Positions 40,892 through 52,165 of a stretch of DNA of 64,000 nucleotides are shown in pieces. This DNA is from Octopus vulgaris (taxonomy: Eukaryota), in the NCBI GenBank assembly GCA_951406725.2, contig OX597828.1, positions 66,216,001-66,280,000 on the forward strand. Reading direction: 5' to 3'. The position numbers were made by a program, and so were the translations under genes. The notes below the pieces were generated by a model. It did no database searches. It worked only from the letters and a program-made list of their open reading frames with translations, and was not told the origin of the DNA. Each line of letters begins with the position of its first letter. Positions within the stretch are counted from its first letter, which is position 1.

Positions 40892-41049
40892 CTGCAAAAC
40901 ACAAGGTAGAAAGTAAAAAGTAAAAAAACCAAACAGAAACAGAAAAGCAATGATTGATACAAAAATTATGAATAATCAAAATATTTCAACTGCTTAAAAG
41001 ATAGCTTTTTAATTAATGCTGAGTCAGAAATTTAATTATAATAATGAAA

Positions 41050-41485
41050 TGATTGTATACAGTGCTCAGGTGCACCACAACTTGTCAAAAGTGCGTATAA
41101 AGTATATGCAGTAATGTACAAATGTCTGGAAAGCGAACAGTGTATGAGTCAGATACATGCTTGCGTGTGTATGGAGGGGAGAAAATCAGGTGTAGTGTTG
41201 GCAAATCTCAGGAAGCATGGAAGCTTTGAAGGATGCAGTGCTCCGACAACTAACAACTGACGCCGGCAGTCTGTTCCATGCTTCAGCAACTCTCAGCGTG
41301 AAAAAAATGTTTCCTAAAGTCATGGGAGCTGTGCTGTTTTCTGACTTTGTAAACATGTCCACGGGTGTTAGACGGGTGGAGTTTGAAAAGGTGCTCAGAG
41401 TTATTGTTAGTAAGATGGTTAATAATTTTATGGGTGTCTGCCAAGTCAGCTGCCAGATGTCGGAGTTTCAATGTGTCCATGCCTA
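41050..41485 (-). mobile_element. CR1-clade LINE 3' end in TRIP4 intron 11
   Basis: LKLRHLAADL...NTRGHVYKV...RKHFF..RVAEAWNRLP, a CR1 ORF2 C-terminus. Confidence 0.85.
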
Positions 41486-41708
41486 AGAATGAAAATAGTT
41501 TCAGGTATATCACAGTGTTGATAAACAAACTGCATAACCTATTTCACAATCAGCTTTTGTGTAAGGTTTTCTTACCTGTTGCAGGTGAAATACTAGGTTT
41601 CTGAGAGAACTCATTAATTCTATATGCCCCAACTCATTGAGCAATAAAGAAAACATACAAGATCTGAGAATATTGTCTGCAGTATAATGATAGCCTATTA
41701 ACATATTT

Positions 41709-41749
41709 ACTAGCACTATGACCCGGCAACGCCGGGTCATAGTGCTAGT
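41709..41749. repeat. Perfect 19-bp-stem hairpin (Helentron/HINE-like terminus)
   Basis: actagcactatgacccggc-aac-gccgggtcatagtgctagt. Confidence 0.9.
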
Positions 41750-41922
41750 GCATGCATATACAGCTGCGTGCGTGCGCACATGCACGCGAGTACTGTCCAA
41801 ATCTCTGACCAATCACATATAGGTAGCTGGCATTCAATTGGCGTAGCAAGTTTCGGGCATTTTGATTGGGTTTTGGATAGAAAATTCACAAAAATGTCAC
41901 TTCTATTGATTTTTTAATGGCT

Positions 41923-42182
41923 TCATCATCGTTTAACGTCCGCTTTCCATGCTAGCATGGGTTGGACGAATGACTGAGGGCTGGCGAACCAGATGGCTGC
42001 ACCAGACTTCAATCTTGATCTGGCAGAGTTTCTACATCTGGATGCCCTTCCTAACGCCAACCACTCCGAGAGTGTAGTGGGTGCTTTTACGTGCCAGTCA
42101 GGCGGTACTGGCAACAACCTCGCTCGAATCTTTTACCTATGCCACCGGCACAGGCACCAGTAAGGCGATGCTGGTAACGATC
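41923..42182 (-). mobile_element. Family R element
   Basis: Nearly identical to 18674-18940. Confidence 0.88.
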
Positions 42183-42325
42183 TGCCTGAGATTTGACTTA
42201 TGTTTGATATAGTTTTTCAGCCCTCATGGTGGATTTAAAAATTAAAAAAAAATCAGAGGTTTCATTAAAAATATTTACATGTCTTAGTTGATTAATTTAA
42301 AAAGAGAAATTGTTGAAATACTTAC

Positions 42326-42422
42326 ATATTTTATGTTTTCCTTTAATAGGGAAATTCACAACAAGTTCTTTTGGATTTTGACAAATAAATACATATGGAC
42401 TGCCAGACTCTCCATCTGGAAA
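42326..42422 (-). CDS. TRIP4: TRIP4 exon 11 (ASCH domain)
   Basis: FPDGESGSPYVFICQNPKELVVNFPIKGKHKI; TTTAG| acceptor and |GTAAGT donor. Confidence 0.96.
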
Positions 42423-43249
42423 CTAAAAATAAATAAAAAACAACAATATTAACTTTTCACACCTGTAATTGGTACTGGGAAGAATATCAAAGCTGAAAAG
42501 GTTTCCTTCATTACACAATGCTAGAGAGAGACAAAAATTCTGATTTACACAAGAAAATGGTTAGGTAGTTAACTGAACAAAGTGCCAGTGTCACATTAAA
42601 AGCACCTAGCACAAACTGTAGTGGTTGGCATTAGGAAGGGCATCCTGTCATAGAAACTAAGCCAAATCAAACTGGAAACTGGTGCAGCTCTCTAGCTTAC
42701 CAGCTCTGGTGAAATTGTCCAACCCACGCCAGCATAGAAAATGAACGTGAAAGGATGATGTTGATGATGATACTGATCACTTAAAAGCAGGTCAAGAGGT
42801 CCTATGTGTAGAACGAGGCTGAATTACTGTAATCTAGTCGGCATTCTCAATGATCCCTCCTGTCTTTCTTTGAACACACTTCTTAAGATTTGCCTTATTT
42901 ATTCCTTATCTCAAAGAGTAAAATAAAATTTATGACGGATATTTGGCTGTAATGTTGAGTAAGCTGAGTAACTATGTGGAAATTTAGAAGTATATAATGC
43001 AGAAGTTGACAATAACATCAGAAACTATATAAATTAGTTTTGGTGTTTTGTCCATCTTTTCCAAGACATTTTGTTTTGCTATTTTACAGCTGTCTTTTTT
43101 TATTTTTTTATTGCCATGCTAGCAAAAGTGGAATGATTTTTTCCCTCCAGATTTGAAAATGCATATTGTTGCAACAAATATTTTTACACCGGGACACTTG
43201 AAAGGGTTACACAACTAAACAAAAGTTACATAAATACTAAAATCAAAGT

Positions 43250-43909
43250 GAGACGCGGGCCCCGAATGCAAAGGACATGCAAAAGCTGAAAAAGAATGAA
43301 GCAAGTATGTTCTGCTGGATATGCAAAGTCAATCTGCATGAGTGATAGAGCATTGGTGTATTGAGTGAGAAGTTGGGTATAAGAGGAATTAGATGCAGTG
43401 TGCAAGAGAGAAGACTACTGTGCTGGTTTGGTCATGTGATACAGACAGATGAGAACAGTTGCATAAAGATGTGATGATCACTTAAAGTGGAGGGAATTTG
43501 TGGAAAAGGGAGACCCAGGAGACATGGGACGAAATATTGAAAGCTGATCTGAAAACACTGAACCTTACAAAAGAGAAGATAGAGCACCAAGATATGTGGT
43601 GCATTGCTGCACTTGAGAAGATCCATCCACCACAAAAAAATTGAGACCCTAAAACCAAGGTGTCATAACAATGCCTTTTATAAAGGTGTGGGTGCTGGAC
43701 TCACATAAAAAGCACTGGTGATGGTGCCACATAAAAAGCACCCAGTACACTCTGTGGAATGGTTGGCATCAGGAAGGGCATCCAGCTGTAGAAACCAAGC
43801 CAAAACAGACTATGGAACCTAGTGCAGCCCCTAGCCTTGCCAGTTCCTGTCAAGCAATCCAGCACATGTCAACATGGAAAATGGATGTTAAATGTTGATG
43901 ATGATGATG
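43250..43909 (+). mobile_element. RTE LINE 3' end: ORF remnant followed by family R-type 3'UTR
   Basis: LGIRGIRCSVQERR..WFGHV...GKGRPR, then aaaagcac units, ggttggcatcaggaagggcatcc core and (GAT)n tail. Confidence 0.85.
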
Positions 43910-44227
43910 AAATAAACATTTAGAAATTAATTTTTGATAAACAGAACATATTTATAAGATTGTGCTGACAAAACTTTTATCAACCAAAACAATCTAAAGC
44001 TGCAATTAGTTAATAAATTATTAACGAGCAACAGTGATCTATTTCTGTAGTAATTTAGTAAAATTCAAGAAAATTAGCGATGTCCTGTGTCTGTATAAAA
44101 TAATACAAATAAGTTCAAAGAGTAAATTTTATGCTATGAGGAAGAAAAATCTTTTTCCTCACAGAATAATATTTATTCTACATTTGACACCTAAAGAATT
44201 CTTAAACTTTAGTTAGTTAGTTAATTT

Positions 44228-44601
44228 TTGGGCTCAAAAAGCAAAAAGCAAGGCCATGTAGGGGGACATGGAGTTATGTACAGGGTGGTGTTCATGTAAA
44301 TAGTTCAGGCCACTTGAGGTCAAGGGAGACTTTGAACCGAGCGGTCGTCGTCATCTTCACCATCTTGTCTGGCAGCTTATTCCACGGATCCACAACCCGG
44401 ACGGAGAAAGCCTCTCTCCTTCGATTGAGATGAAATCGTCGCAGATAGAGCTTTTCGGAATGACCCCGCAGCCGGCGCTCTGGAGCAGGAGTGAAGAACA
44501 GCTCTTTCGAGAGGTTACACTTTCCGCTTATGATGTTGTGTGCAAGAACGAGATGTCGTCGTCGTTTTTCTAGAGAATAAAGGTCGAGCGTCTTCAGCCT
44601 T
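44228..44601 (-). mobile_element. Second CR1-clade LINE 3' end
   Basis: RLKTLDLYSLEKRRR...RLRGHSEKL...FSVRVVDPWNKLP; CpGs retained. Confidence 0.88.
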
Positions 44602-44608
44602 TAAAATA

Positions 44609-44791
44609 AAATAATTTTTGTTGGAATGTTATATCTTGAAGCAAATAAGCTATAAATAATAGTGTGTAAATACTGGGTTAAAAAGCCATTGAGTTGCTCT
44701 ATCCAAAGGGTTTTTTTAAAACCCAATATTTGCATGCTATTATTTATGGCTTATCTGCTTCAAGATCCAATGTTCCAAGAAAAGATTATTT
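44609..44791. repeat. Imperfect ~70-bp-arm foldback (hairpin MITE)
   Basis: tcttgaagcaaataagctataaataatag vs ctattatttatggcttatctgcttcaaga. Confidence 0.8.
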
Positions 44792-44800
44792 GTTGTTAAA

Positions 44801-45017
44801 CCCTTTCGCATTTAAACCTGCCACATCAAGTCAAAATGTTCTTCCTGTTTTATGTTCAAACTAGCCAGATCCAGCCTCTCACACCTACCCTACAATGTCA
44901 GTCTAAAAATTTTATTGTCACATAATCGAAACCTCAAGGATATAAGATAATGCGGGATAAATTCAAAACAATGTGAATAAATGTTACATTTGATAGAATA
45001 ATCTGAATGCTAGAGGG
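44801..45017. mobile_element. piggyBac-like MITE (relatives ~51699-52376 interrupted, ~55639-55846)
   Basis: CCCT...AGGG termini, TTAA on the right and TAAA on the left; shared cctctcacacctaccctacaatg. Confidence 0.75.
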
Positions 45018-45046
45018 TTAAGCTATTTGATATGTTTCATACTTAC

Positions 45047-45144
45047 TTGGGTTCGATAATCTCCTTGCTCTAAACAATCTACTAGATCTACACAACCGAG
45101 TAGACAGCCAGGTTGATAAAACTTAGGAAACACTATATCTGTAT
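45047..45144 (-). CDS. TRIP4: TRIP4 exon 10 (ASCH domain)
   Basis: (D)TDIVFPKFYQPGCLLGCVDLVDCLEQGDYRTQ |GTAAGT; three in-frame acceptors are possible. Confidence 0.94.
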
Positions 45145-45396
45145 CTGAAATTAAACGAAGAATGGGAGATGAAGTTTTTACATTTAGTTTAAAATACTGT
45201 AGTTTATTTAAGGCATAAAATCAAAAAACAAATCAAGAATTTGTTTTTAATAAAAAAAAATATATTCAGTTTAACAAATTAAAAGTAATAATAGGAAAGA
45301 AATACCCTGACTTATTTTATGAGGACAAAACATATATCATATTGTGTTTGGTTTAAAGAAAAACAAAGCATCAAATGTTTAATATTTCCATTGACT

Positions 45397-45845
45397 AAGG
45401 TGGTGAGCTGGCAAAAACATTAGCATACTGGGCGAAATGCTTAACGGTACTTTGTCTAAAGGCGGCAAGCTGGCAGAATCGCTAGCACGCCGGGCAAAAT
45501 GCTTAGCAGTATTTCGTCTGCCACTACGTTCTGAGTTCAAATTCCGCCAAAGTCGACTTTGCCTTTCATCCTTTCGGGGTCGACTAAATGAGTACCAGTT
45601 ACGCACTGGGGTCGATAAAATCTACTTAATCTGTTTGTTTTCTCTGTGTTTAGCCCCTTGTGGGTAGTAAAGAAATAGGAATGTCGTCTGTCTTTACATT
45701 CTGAGTTCAAATTCCGCCAAAGTTGACTTTGCCTTTCATCCCTTCAGGGTTGATAAATTAAGTACCAGTTGCATACTGAGGTTGATCTAATCAACTGGTC
45801 CCCCTCCACCAAATTTCGGGCCTTGTGCCTAGAGTAGAAAAGAAT
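45397..45845 (+). mobile_element. Family K SINE nested in another family K SINE
   Basis: Outer head 45397-45457, inner copy ~45458-45678, outer body resumes at ~45680. Confidence 0.85.
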
Positions 45846-46035
45846 ATTCCCAACGACTTATAACATGATCCAAATGTTCACTCAATCAAGAATGAAAAAA
45901 AATCGAGTATGCATGGAACCACTACATTGTTGACACATCCATTATTAAATGGCTCAGTTTTAGTTCTGACATCCTCAGTTGGAACTGAAGAGATTAGCCA
46001 TTAACACATGGTTCTGTTGGATTATAGGAATATAT

Positions 46036-46199
46036 ATTTCTTTATTACCCACAAGGGGTTAAACATAGAGGGGACAAACAAGGACAGACAAAGGGATTAA
46101 GTCAATTACATTGACTCCAGTGCGAAACTAGTACTTGGCAGACGAAATACCGCTAAGCATTTCGCCTGGCGCGCTAACGTGTCTGCCAGCTTGCCGCCT
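46036..46199 (-). mobile_element. Internally deleted family K SINE with TSD
   Basis: ttataggaatata at ~46022 and ~46202. Confidence 0.85.
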
Positions 46200-46798
46200 A
46201 CTTATAGGAATATAATCGAACAGAGAAGCAAGAGTTGTCTGGCTATCAATTATTTTGCTAACAAGTTTTCTCTTTTAATTAAGTGATAAATTATAATGAT
46301 TTCTTACATAAGTACAATCAATAATGATAAGGTTAGGTATAACTGATTAATTCAAACCAGTATACAAGAGGCATTTATTTTATCTACTCTGGAAAGATGA
46401 AAGCATATTTGATCTTGGTAAGACTTAAATTTGTAACAGAGGAATACAACCAAATACTGCAAGATATTTTGTCCATTTCTATATATTCTATGTCAGAACA
46501 GTGACAGACAATAACAGTAGCAAGGTTGGCATAAATAGTTAAAATTTAAAACACATTTTTGTTGACTTGCATAATTTCTAAAAATCTATCATAAAAGCAC
46601 AAATATTTGAGTGGGGCTATTTTTTCTCATAATCTTAACCAGTAAATTATACAGAAAATTTGCTCTCATTTCCCATTTAGCTAGAAACAGGCAAATGGAT
46701 TAGCTTGGGGAGCAAAATTTAATGCTAAACTAACTTCTGAGCAGAGTAACTGAACCCTCAATTTAGTTTCCTTTACAGTAAATTTTATTGTAGATTAC

Positions 46799-46920
46799 CT
46801 TTATACATTGCATGGTAGTTGCTTTCTAATAATTCAATCTCATCTTGGAGTGGAGGCTTGGCCGTTGAAGCTATCCATAATTTTCCACGATGAGAAGTAT
46901 ACCATGTTCTGCCCTCGTGT
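46799..46920 (-). CDS. TRIP4: TRIP4 exon 9 (ASCH domain)
   Basis: (L)HEGRTWYTSHRGKLWIASTAKPP..., completes the GxKxxExR ASCH motif. Confidence 0.96.
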
Positions 46921-47033
46921 CTGTGAATAAATAATTATTAAAATATTATTCAAAACATTAAATGGATAGAAAAACAGAGCATTTGGCAAATGCATATTAA
47001 TTTTCTTTATACAGACGTTTTTGGTAGTATAAA

Positions 47034-47432
47034 AATCAAAATTGATGACTGGCATCCGTGCTAGCAGGGTACAAAGAGCACCATACAAGTGTGATCATTG
47101 ACAGAGCGGCTAACCGGCTTCCGTGCCAGTGGCACTTAAAAGGCACCATTCGAGTGTGATCATTACCAGCATCGCCTTACTGGCACCTGTGCCGGTGGCA
47201 TGTGTAAAGGATTCAAGCGAGGTCATTGCCAGTACTGCCTGACTGGCCCCGTGCCGGTGGCATGTAAAAGCACCCACTACACTCTCAGAGTGGTTGGCGT
47301 TAGGAAGGGCATCCAGCTGTAGAAACTCTGCCAGATCAAGACTGAAGCCTGGTGCAGCCATCTGGTTCGCCAGCCCTCAGTCATACATCCAGCCCATGGA
47401 AAGCGGACGTTAAACGATGATGATGATGATGA
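47034..47432 (+). mobile_element. Family R element with multi-unit array
   Basis: Same 5' start (aaatcaaa.t.gatgactggc.tcc.tgctagcaggg) as the 18.7-19.2 kb copy but fewer units. Confidence 0.88.
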
Positions 47433-47729
47433 TAAACTGTATTTATATATTTTTTCTTAGAAGAATTATTATCCGTACTGATAATTCTGTTCACACATTT
47501 TTCTCATTAAAAACAGTCTGAATTTTCCTTAGCACTTTTACCTACTGATCCACTTATTTAGTATGTTACTATTTTCATCAATGACTTTTATTACTGTTTA
47601 CAACCAGGTGAATTGATAATATCAAATAAAGATTTTACAGTTTTTATCTTAAATATTTTATCCATTAAAATTCTAAAAACAATCACTTTTAAATATTTAA
47701 AAATTGAAATCTAATAAAATGTAACTTAC

Positions 47730-47902
47730 AACTTGATGCCTGCAATGAGTAATGAAGCATATGGTTGGTGCATACTTAAACAGTAACCTTCATCTCTCAT
47801 TTCCTGAATCTCTTTGTCTTGCAAGCGAATAGATGAACGTTTTCCTTGTTCAACAGCTTTAGAAAATGAACACTCAAAGACCTTGTCTTTTGGCTGGACA
47901 AA
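47730..47902 (-). CDS. TRIP4: TRIP4 exon 8, start of ASCH domain
   Basis: ...RLQDKEIQEMRDEGYCLSMHQPYASLLIAGIK; donor |GTAAGT. Confidence 0.96.
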
Positions 47903-48280
47903 CTGAAAATGAATTTTTGCTTTTTTTTTAGAAAAATATTTCCATCATCCAATTTAGAAATAAAATTATATAAAAAATAAAAATCCGATTAACTAACAAA
48001 ATAATATTTTTTACTGGGCACGACATCAAAATCTGCAAATGATAGAATACAACTTAATGTAGTACAAATATAGTTATCAACTCTGGGTAACCCAGGAAGA
48101 TTTTGAAGTTAGAATATTGAAGGAGAAAATTACTACAAGATATGAAGTATAACTTGCTGTATTTCTATAGACTAGCAATAGTATTATGAATAGTAATATT
48201 TGATAGCATTTTAAGCAGCACCCCAAGCACACAAATGCTCACTCTTAAAATGATATAAATTTTTTAAAAAAGTGACCTAC

Positions 48281-48623
48281 TTTTGGTGCAGCAATTTTGA
48301 TGGAAGGGTTGACAAGTTCACCTAAAGGAATGTCATTGTTTCTGGAAATCACTGATGATGGCGCCTCTTGTGCTTGGGTCTGTGATCTTATCTTTTCTTC
48401 TTCGTACATATTTGTTCCACTTTTAAATGCTTCCTCTTCCTCATCGATTATCCTCCTACCAGCAAAATCGAAAGTTATTTTACGGTCCCGTCTTGACTGA
48501 AAACGAATATTTCGTAGTTCATCTTCTCGTCGCTTTAGAACTTCCCTCTCAGACTTGCTAAGCCACTGAGAATCAGAGCTAAAGTAGTCAGCATCATCAT
48601 CAATGACTTGGGTTCGTTTCACA
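48281..48623 (-). CDS. TRIP4: TRIP4 exon 7
   Basis: SVKRTQVIDDDADYFSSDSQWLS...ITFDFAGRRII...ELVNPSI, conserved ASC-1 motifs; donor AAA|GTAGGT. Confidence 0.96.
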
Positions 48624-48999
48624 CTGGAATTAAAGGAGAAAAACAAGGATAATATTTTGTTGCTAGGCACCAGGTCAATTTATTTTTAACAAAGAAAGAA
48701 CACAGAAAATTGGGACTACCCCTACGTTTAACTGGTTCTTATTGACTGCAGTAATATTAGTCAACCTGAAAGAGATTTGAACTTAAAATTCTCTTTTAGC
48801 AGATCTCCATTGATCTCATTGATAAGTATTCAGTAGTTTGATAAATTTAAACTACTTGCATATTGAACTAACATGTAAGTGGATGAATATTCCACAGACA
48901 TGTGTACACTAAATGAAACTGTCAGGTGGAATCAGTGAGACAAAGTTGGACCGTTAAATTCTAAAGTCAATCCATCTGATGGCTTTCCATACAGTTTGC

Positions 49000-49235
49000 C
49001 TCCCCTTAAATGTGGTGGACAACAAAAAACCTGGCTGATGACAATCAAGGCTGATCTGGAACCCAACCTAGGCCCCCATATCTACAGCGTTCGCCGCTGG
49101 AATAAGGAATGGTTGGAGATCACGCGGTCGTTAGCCTCAAATCGCCAGGCCTAGTTGGCGTTTGTGAGAGATGCAGCATTGAGGATAAATGAAGCCAGCT
49201 CAACCCACCCCAGGTGAATGCTGTCTCAAGTCAAA
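49000..49235 (+). mobile_element. RTE-clade LINE 3' end
   Basis: GGQQKTWLMTIKADLEP...RRWNKEWLEITRSLASNRQA*LAFVRDA, followed by a caagtcaa tail. Confidence 0.75.
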
Positions 49236-49767
49236 AAGTCAAAATGAAAGGGTAAGTCAACCTCAGAAGAATTTGAACTCAAAACATAAAGATGGACAAA
49301 ATAGTGCTAAGCATTTTACTTGGCATGTTATGGTTCTGAGGCAGGTTTTAAATAATGGTCTTGTAGTTAATTGTCCATCTCAATCTTGGCACTGAGCAAT
49401 TTCTAGTCCAATATTTGAACCACCTAAGCATCATATCATTCCTTTATTTTCTCAACCATCTTCAAGTTAGTATGAAATATTTAATAATTTGGATATTTGA
49501 ATGATCTTTAAAACTTTTCCTAGATATCAAAAACACTAATGTGAGGTTGGTTTTACATCTGAGACACATAGAATGCTTTGCAGATGAAAATTCTTAAAAA
49601 TTAAAGCTTCAAAACATATGCATGACCGAAACAGATATAAATCCTTTTTACCTTATTTCAACATTTTTTAACATACATTTTTCTATTCATCAAACACCTC
49701 ATGATCCTACCTCATCATCCTACATCACTACAAAATCAATTTAAAAAAGAGAAAGTTCCATTTGTAC

Positions 49768-49982
49768 CTTGTATTATCATAATCAAGAAGACGATTTTTA
49801 TAATCTACTGCTTTTGACAGTTCTGCTGACTGAGGGCAGGCACCATTTTCTGTGGAAAGTCTTAGAATTTGGTTATTTATCAGTTGTAATACTTTGTCTG
49901 TATCCTTCATTAAGACCTGCCGTAACTTTTCACTTTTTTTTGTACCCTCAGCCAATACCTTTTCTTGCTCCTTACTGCACAC
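49768..49982 (-). CDS. TRIP4: TRIP4 exon 6
   Basis: VCSKEQEKVL...KAVDYKNRLLDYDNT; AG acceptor at 49983-84, donor AG|GTACA. Confidence 0.95.
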
Positions 49983-50787
49983 CTATTTTCACAAAATTCA
50001 GAAAAATTATACTGGTATTAAATGTATTATTCTTTCAGCATATTATACTGAAAACATTTTATGTTGGTAGTAAGTTTAAGAAGTAGAGTAAAAAAAAAAA
50101 AAAAACTAAACAAAAACAGCTTCAATACTCAAATTTAAGCCAACTGGCAGTCAAAGAAATAAACCAGATGGAAAATCACAGACATCAAGAGGTAGAGATC
50201 AGATGTCAAAGATGCAAAGAGTGACTTGCACTTCTTTGTCTCCTGGCCAACCTTCCCTCTCGATAAATGCTCCTGGCTCTTCTATACCATTGTTGAACTG
50301 AACAGTCCCCTTAGGCACTGGCACCCTTCACACCTATCAGGATGAAGAGGCTCAATCACTCGCTATATATTAATCTACTTTGATACGAGTTAATGGTGCC
50401 ACCACTGATGAGCATTTTTAAGAAGCTACCCCTCCACTGCTGGAAAACCCAAACATCTCAAAAGAGATTACTGTATATATGTTTTATAACAATTCAAACC
50501 AGTTCATCATTCATTAATTTCTCTGACAAAATTTAAAATTATAAAAAAAAAAAAAAAACCCAGCCCCAGCAGTCAATTTCAGCCAACACTAGCAGACTGG
50601 AAAGCCCAAATATCTCAACAGAGATTACTGTATATATGTTTCATAACAATTCAAACTTGTGCATCACTCATTAATTTCTCTGAAAATATTATAACAAAAT
50701 AATAAAAGACATTTTTGATGATTTATCACCACCCACCCTAATAAAACTTGCATTGAAAAATAAAAGTAGGGAAATGAGTGTATTTAC

Positions 50788-50906
50788 CAAGTTGCCACAG
50801 AATAAACAAGGTCCAGCCCCTTCTTGTGCACAAACAATCCGACCACATTCAATACAGTTATTAACTAAATCATGTTTTAGTGCTTGGCAATCACAACTAT
50901 GTCTTC
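50788..50906 (-). CDS. TRIP4: TRIP4 exon 5, C2HC5 zinc finger
   Basis: GRHSCDCQALKHDLVNNCIECGRIVCAQEGAGPCLFCGNL is the zf-C2HC5 signature of ASC-1. Confidence 0.97.
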
Positions 50907-50989
50907 CTGGGAAAAGAAAATGATTAATTAGTTAACCGATGCTTTATGTCACACCACAAATGTCTTAATTATACAGAAACTCTTTAACT

Positions 50990-51376
50990 CTTTTTTTACT
51001 CTTTTACTTGTTTCAGTCATTTGACTGTGGCCATGCTGGAGCACTGCCTTTAGTCGAGCAAATCAACTCCAGGACTTATTCTGTGTGAGCCTAGTACTTA
51101 TTCTATTGGTCTCTTTTGCCGAACCGCTAAGTTACGGGGACGTAAACACACCAGCATCGGTTGTCAAGCGATGTTGGGGGGACAAACACAGACACACAAA
51201 CATATATATACATATATACGACGGGCTTCTTTCAGTTTCCATCTACCAAATCCACTCACAAGGCTTTGGTCGGCCCAAGGCTATAGTAAAAGACACTTGC
51301 CCAAAGTGCCACGCAGTGGGACTGAACCCGGAACCATGTGGTTGGTAAGCAAGCTACTTACCACACAGCCACACCT
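50990..51376 (-). mobile_element. Intact family C tRNA-derived SINE
   Basis: Minus-strand A box (tggctgtgtgg), B box (ggttcagtccc), CORE-like ttgggcaagtgtc, (AAGAGT)-type tail. Confidence 0.9.
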
Positions 51377-51734
51377 ACATTTCTTTAAAAGGTTCAAGTC
51401 AAATTTATGGAGATATGGCAGTGGAAATTTTGTTGGAAGTAAATTCATTGCTAGACATGTAGGAGTTGGTAAAAATGGACTGACTCTTGACTCCTGTTTT
51501 TTTTTTTTTATGGTGTAATTTTCTTAATTTATTGCTTCTATCTTGAATTTCATGAAGTTGTTTTATGATGATGAATAATATCACTAACTACTCTTGTTTT
51601 TCTTTTCAGAAATATAGTTTTGGAAACATTCTGAGTTAGTTAATTCTAAACTGTAATATTCAAAAGCCCATAAAAATATTTAGAAAGACTTCAGTCAACC
51701 CTTTAGCATTTAAACCAGCCATATTAGGCCAAAA

Positions 51735-52165
51735 TAGCAGCTGGTACTAAGGTGGTATATCTGGGTTGTCGGCAGTCAGAGCCTGGAAATTTGCCAGAAG
51801 GGCATACCTCTGGTGACAGCAATAAGATAAATCATATTTCTTGTTGATGAATACTGTGGGTGCCAGTTGTTTCATCTCAGAGGTGACGGAGTCTTCAGAG
51901 AAAACAAGACAGGGAAGTAGAGTTCTCTATCCCTGGATCTGAATGAGTGCATATGCTGGGAGTATCTTCCCTTGAAGTCATTAGCTGTCATGCCAGTATA
52001 GTGCCTAGTAATGCCGTTGGGTTGTATAAGGATGATTCCATATACTACAGCCTTAGAGAGGCAGGATCCTTCTAGAGGGTACATGGTGGAGTTTTGGAAG
52101 TTGCAGGTTGGTGTTGAGGGTGATGTGGGTGCATTTTTACATCTCTTCAACCCCATAATGTCAAA
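51735..52165 (-). mobile_element. Penelope-like GIY-YIG endonuclease remnant inside a piggyBac-like MITE
   Basis: CN...PLEGSCLSKAVVY...YTGMTANDFKGRYSQHMHSFR fits the PLE GIY-YIG pattern. Confidence 0.8.

Noticed and set aside
48297-50086. Plus-strand ORFs overlapping TRIP4 exons 6-7
   Set aside because: Antisense shadows of real coding exons
50438-50695. Tandem C/D-box snoRNAs
   Set aside because: A C-box (ATGATGA) occurs in only one copy and there is no properly placed CTGA D-box
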